Source: the human T2T-CHM13v2.0 reference genome, Homo sapiens
Length of the DNA stretch: 64,000 nucleotides
Reading direction: 5' to 3' (one strand)
Assembly: GCF_009914755.1 (NCBI RefSeq)
Contig: NC_060938.1
This document shows, piece after piece, positions 60,815-64,000 of the stretch. The notes under the pieces are model-generated. The model was not told where the DNA came from, did no database searches, and saw only the letters and a list, made by a program, of their open reading frames with translations. The translations under genes and the position numbers were made by a program. Each line of letters starts with the position of its first letter. The first letter of the stretch is position 1.

Positions 60815-63800
60815 TTCTTTGTGATGCGTTAGTTCATCTCACAGAGTTGAACATTTCTTTTGATTGAGCAGTTTGGAAATACTCTTATTGTAGAATCTGC
60901 AAGTAGAACATTGGAGGGCTGTGTGGCCTATGTTAGAAAAGGAAATATCTTCAAATAAAATCTAGACAGAAGAAATCTGAGAAACTACTTTATGATGTGT
61001 GCATTCACCTCACAGATTTAAACGTTTCTTTTGATTAAACAGTCTATAAAATCTCTTTTTGTAGAATCTGCAAGTGAACATTTGGAGTGCTTTGAGGCCT
61101 ATGGTGGGAAAGGAAATATCTTCACATAAAAACTAGACAGAAGAATTATGAGAAACTTCTTTGTGATGCCTGAGTTCATCTCACCGAGTTGAAACTTTCT
61201 TTTGATTGAGCATTTTGGCAACAATCTTTTGCAGAATCTGCAAGTGGACATTTGGAGCGTTTTGCGGCCAAAGTTACAAAAGGAAATATCTTCACATAAA
61301 ATCTAGAGAGAAGCAATCTGAGGAACTTCTTTGTGATGTGTGCATTCATCCCACAGAGTTAAAACTTTCTTTTGATTGAGGAGTTTTGAAACTCTCTTTT
61401 TGTAGAATCTGCCAGTAGACATTTTGAGGGTTTTTAGGCCTATAGTGGGAAAGGAATTATCTTCACATTAAAACTAGACAGAAGAATTCTGAGAAACTGG
61501 TTTGTGATGTGTCCATTCATCTCACAGAGTTGAAACTTTCTTTTTATTGAGCAGTTTGTAAACATTCTTTTTGTAGAATCTGCAAGTGGACATTTGGAGT
61601 GCTTTGCGCCTTATAATAGAAAAAGAAATATCTTCAAATAAAATCAAGACAGAAGCAAACTGAGAAACTTCTTTGTGATGTGTGCATTCATCTCACAGAG
61701 TTAAAACTTTCTTTTGATTGAGCAGTTTTGAAACTCTCTTTTTGTAGAATCTGCAAGTTGACATTTGGAGCGCTCTGAGGCCTATGGTGGAAAAGGAAAT
61801 ATCTTCACATAAAACCTAGAAAGAAGAATTCTGAGAAACTTCTTTGTGATGTGTGCGTTCATCTCACAGAGTTGAACCTTTCTTTCTATTGAGCAGTATG
61901 GAAACACTCTTTTTGCAGAATCTGCAAGTGGACATTTGGAGCGCTTTTTTTCCTATGGCAGAAAAGGAAATATCTTCACATAAAATCCAGACAGAAATAA
62001 TCTGAGAAACTTTTTTGTGAAGTGCACATTCATCTCAAAGAGTTAAACCTTTCCTTTGATTGAGGAGTTTCAAAAGTCTCCTTTTGTAGAATCTGCTAGT
62101 GGACATTTGGAGCACTTTGATGCCTATGGTGGAAAGGGAAATATCTTCACATAAAAACTAGGTAGAAGTATTCTGAGAAACTTCTTTGTGAGGTGTGCAT
62201 TCATCTCACAGAGTTGAACATTTCTTTTTATTGAGCAGTTTGGAAACACTCCTTTTGTCATATCTGCAAGTGGACATTTGGAGCGCTTTGCGGCCTATCG
62301 TTGAAAAGGAAATATCTTCACAAAAAATCTAGACAGAAGCAATCTGAGAAACTTCTTTGTGATGTATGCATTCATCTCACAAAGTTAAAACTTTCTTTTG
62401 AATGAGCAGTTTTGAAACTCTCTTTTTGTAGAATCTCCTAGTGGGCATTTGGAGTGCTTTGAGGCCTATGGTGGAAAATGAAATAGCTTCACATAAAAAC
62501 TAGACAGAAGAATTCTTAGAAACTTCTTTGTGATGTGTGCATTCATCTCACAGAGTGAAACCTTTCTATTGATTGAGCAGTATGGAAACATTCTTTTTGT
62601 AAAATCTGCAACTGGACATTTGGAGCGCTTCACAGTTTATGGTAGAAAAGGAAATATCTTCATATACAATCTAGACAGAAGAAATCTGGGAAACTTCTTT
62701 GTGATGTGTGCATTCACCTCACAGAGTTAAATGTTTCTTTTGATAGAGCAGTTTTGAAACTCTGTTTTTGTAGAATCTGCAAGGGGACATTTGCAGCGCC
62801 TTGAGGCCTACAGTGGAAAAGGAAATATCTTCACATAAAAACTAGACGGAAAAATTCTGGGAAACTTCTTTGTGATGTGTGCATTCATCTTGCAGAGTTG
62901 AAAGTTTCTTTTGATTTAGCAGTTCGGAAACACTATTTTTTCAGTATCTGCAAGTGGACATTTGCAGCGATTTGCTGCTGATGGTACAAAAGGAAAGAAC
63001 TTCACTTAAAATCTAGAAAGAAGCATTCTGAGGAACTTCTTTGTGATGTGTGCATTCATCTCACAGAATTAAACATTTCTTTGATTGAGCACTTTTGAAA
63101 CTCTCTTTTTGTAGCGTCTGCAAATCGACATTTTGAACGCTTTGTGTCTTATGGTGGAAAAGGAAATAGCTTCCAAGAAACTACACGGAAGAATTCTGAG
63201 GAACCTCTTTGTGACGTGTCCATTCTTCTCACAAAGTTGAAAATTTCTTTTGATTGAGTAGTTTGGAAATACTCTTTTTGTAGCATCTGCAAGTGAACAT
63301 TTGGAGCACTTTGTGGCCTATGGTATAAAAGGAAATATCTTCACATAAAATCTAGACAGAAGCAATCTGAGAAACTTCTTTGTGATGTGTCCATTCATCT
63401 CACAGTGTTAAACCTTTCCTTTGATTGAAGAGTTTTGAAACCCTCTTTTTGTAGCATTATCTTCAAGTGGACATTTGGAGCGCTTTGCAGCCTATGTCAG
63501 AAAAGGAAATAACTTCACATAAAATCTAGACAGAAGCAATCTGAGAAACTTCTTTGTGAGGTCTGAATTCATCTCACAGAGTTAAACCTTTCTTTTGATT
63601 GAGTTGTTTTGAAACTCTCTTTTTGTAGTATCTTCACGTGGACATTTGGAGTGCTTAAATGCCTGTGGTGGAAAAGGAAATATCTTCATGTAAAAACTAG
63701 ACAGAAGAATTCTGAGAAACTTCTTTGTGATAGGTGTGTTCATCTCACAGAGTTGAATCTTTCTTTTCATTGAGCCGTTTGGAAACACTCTTTTTGTAGA

Positions 63801-64000
63801 ACCTGCAAGTGAATATTCAGAGCGCTTTGGGGCCTATAGTAAAAAAGGAAATATCTTCACATAAAATCTAGACAGAAGCAATCTGAGAAACTTATTTGTG
63901 AAATGTGCATTCATCTCACAGAGTTAAATCTTTCTTTTGATTGAGGAGTTTGGAAACTCTCTTTTTGTAGAATCTGCAAGTGGACATTTGGAGTGCTTTG
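60815..64000 (+). repeat. Alpha satellite, about 171-bp diverged monomers (about 18.6 copies), dimeric pattern, no CENP-B box
   Basis: aggaaatatcttcacataaaa recurs every 170-174 bp. The box position reads pJalpha-type ctatggtggaaaaggaa. Confidence 0.98.

Overview
Human-type pericentromeric segmental-duplication mosaic that runs into old alpha satellite. No intact protein-coding gene is supported. In order: (1) an unprocessed, disabled FRG1 paralog (exons 3-9, + strand, 3.7-15.0 kb) with young L1 and AluYa insertions; (2) one duplicated MLLT10 (AF10) exon with intron flanks (- strand, 18.8-19.1 kb), missed by the ORF track; (3) L1, MST, MLT2 and ERVL debris; (4) a 20 x 75-bp minisatellite; (5) a degenerate TG array holding a solo LTR5B; (6) a Tigger1 carrying the MIR4477-type hairpin and an AluYa5; (7) a D4Z4-like fragment with only the C-terminal half of DUX4; (8) this is fused to two decayed, inverted 5S rDNA repeat units, one split by a solo LTR2 and still carrying D-box, internal promoter and terminator; (9) L1/L2 debris and a solo LTR6B; (10) about 18.6 monomers of dimeric, CENP-B-box-less alpha satellite. 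I found no convincing wholly new biological system. The best leads are the promoter-retaining 5S variant, the Tigger1|DUX4-CTD|5S chimera, several fold-back hairpins (one being the MIR4477 hairpin) and a G>A-skewed decay of the FRG1 copy. Family and gene assignments come from recalled consensus and protein sequences, not from searches.
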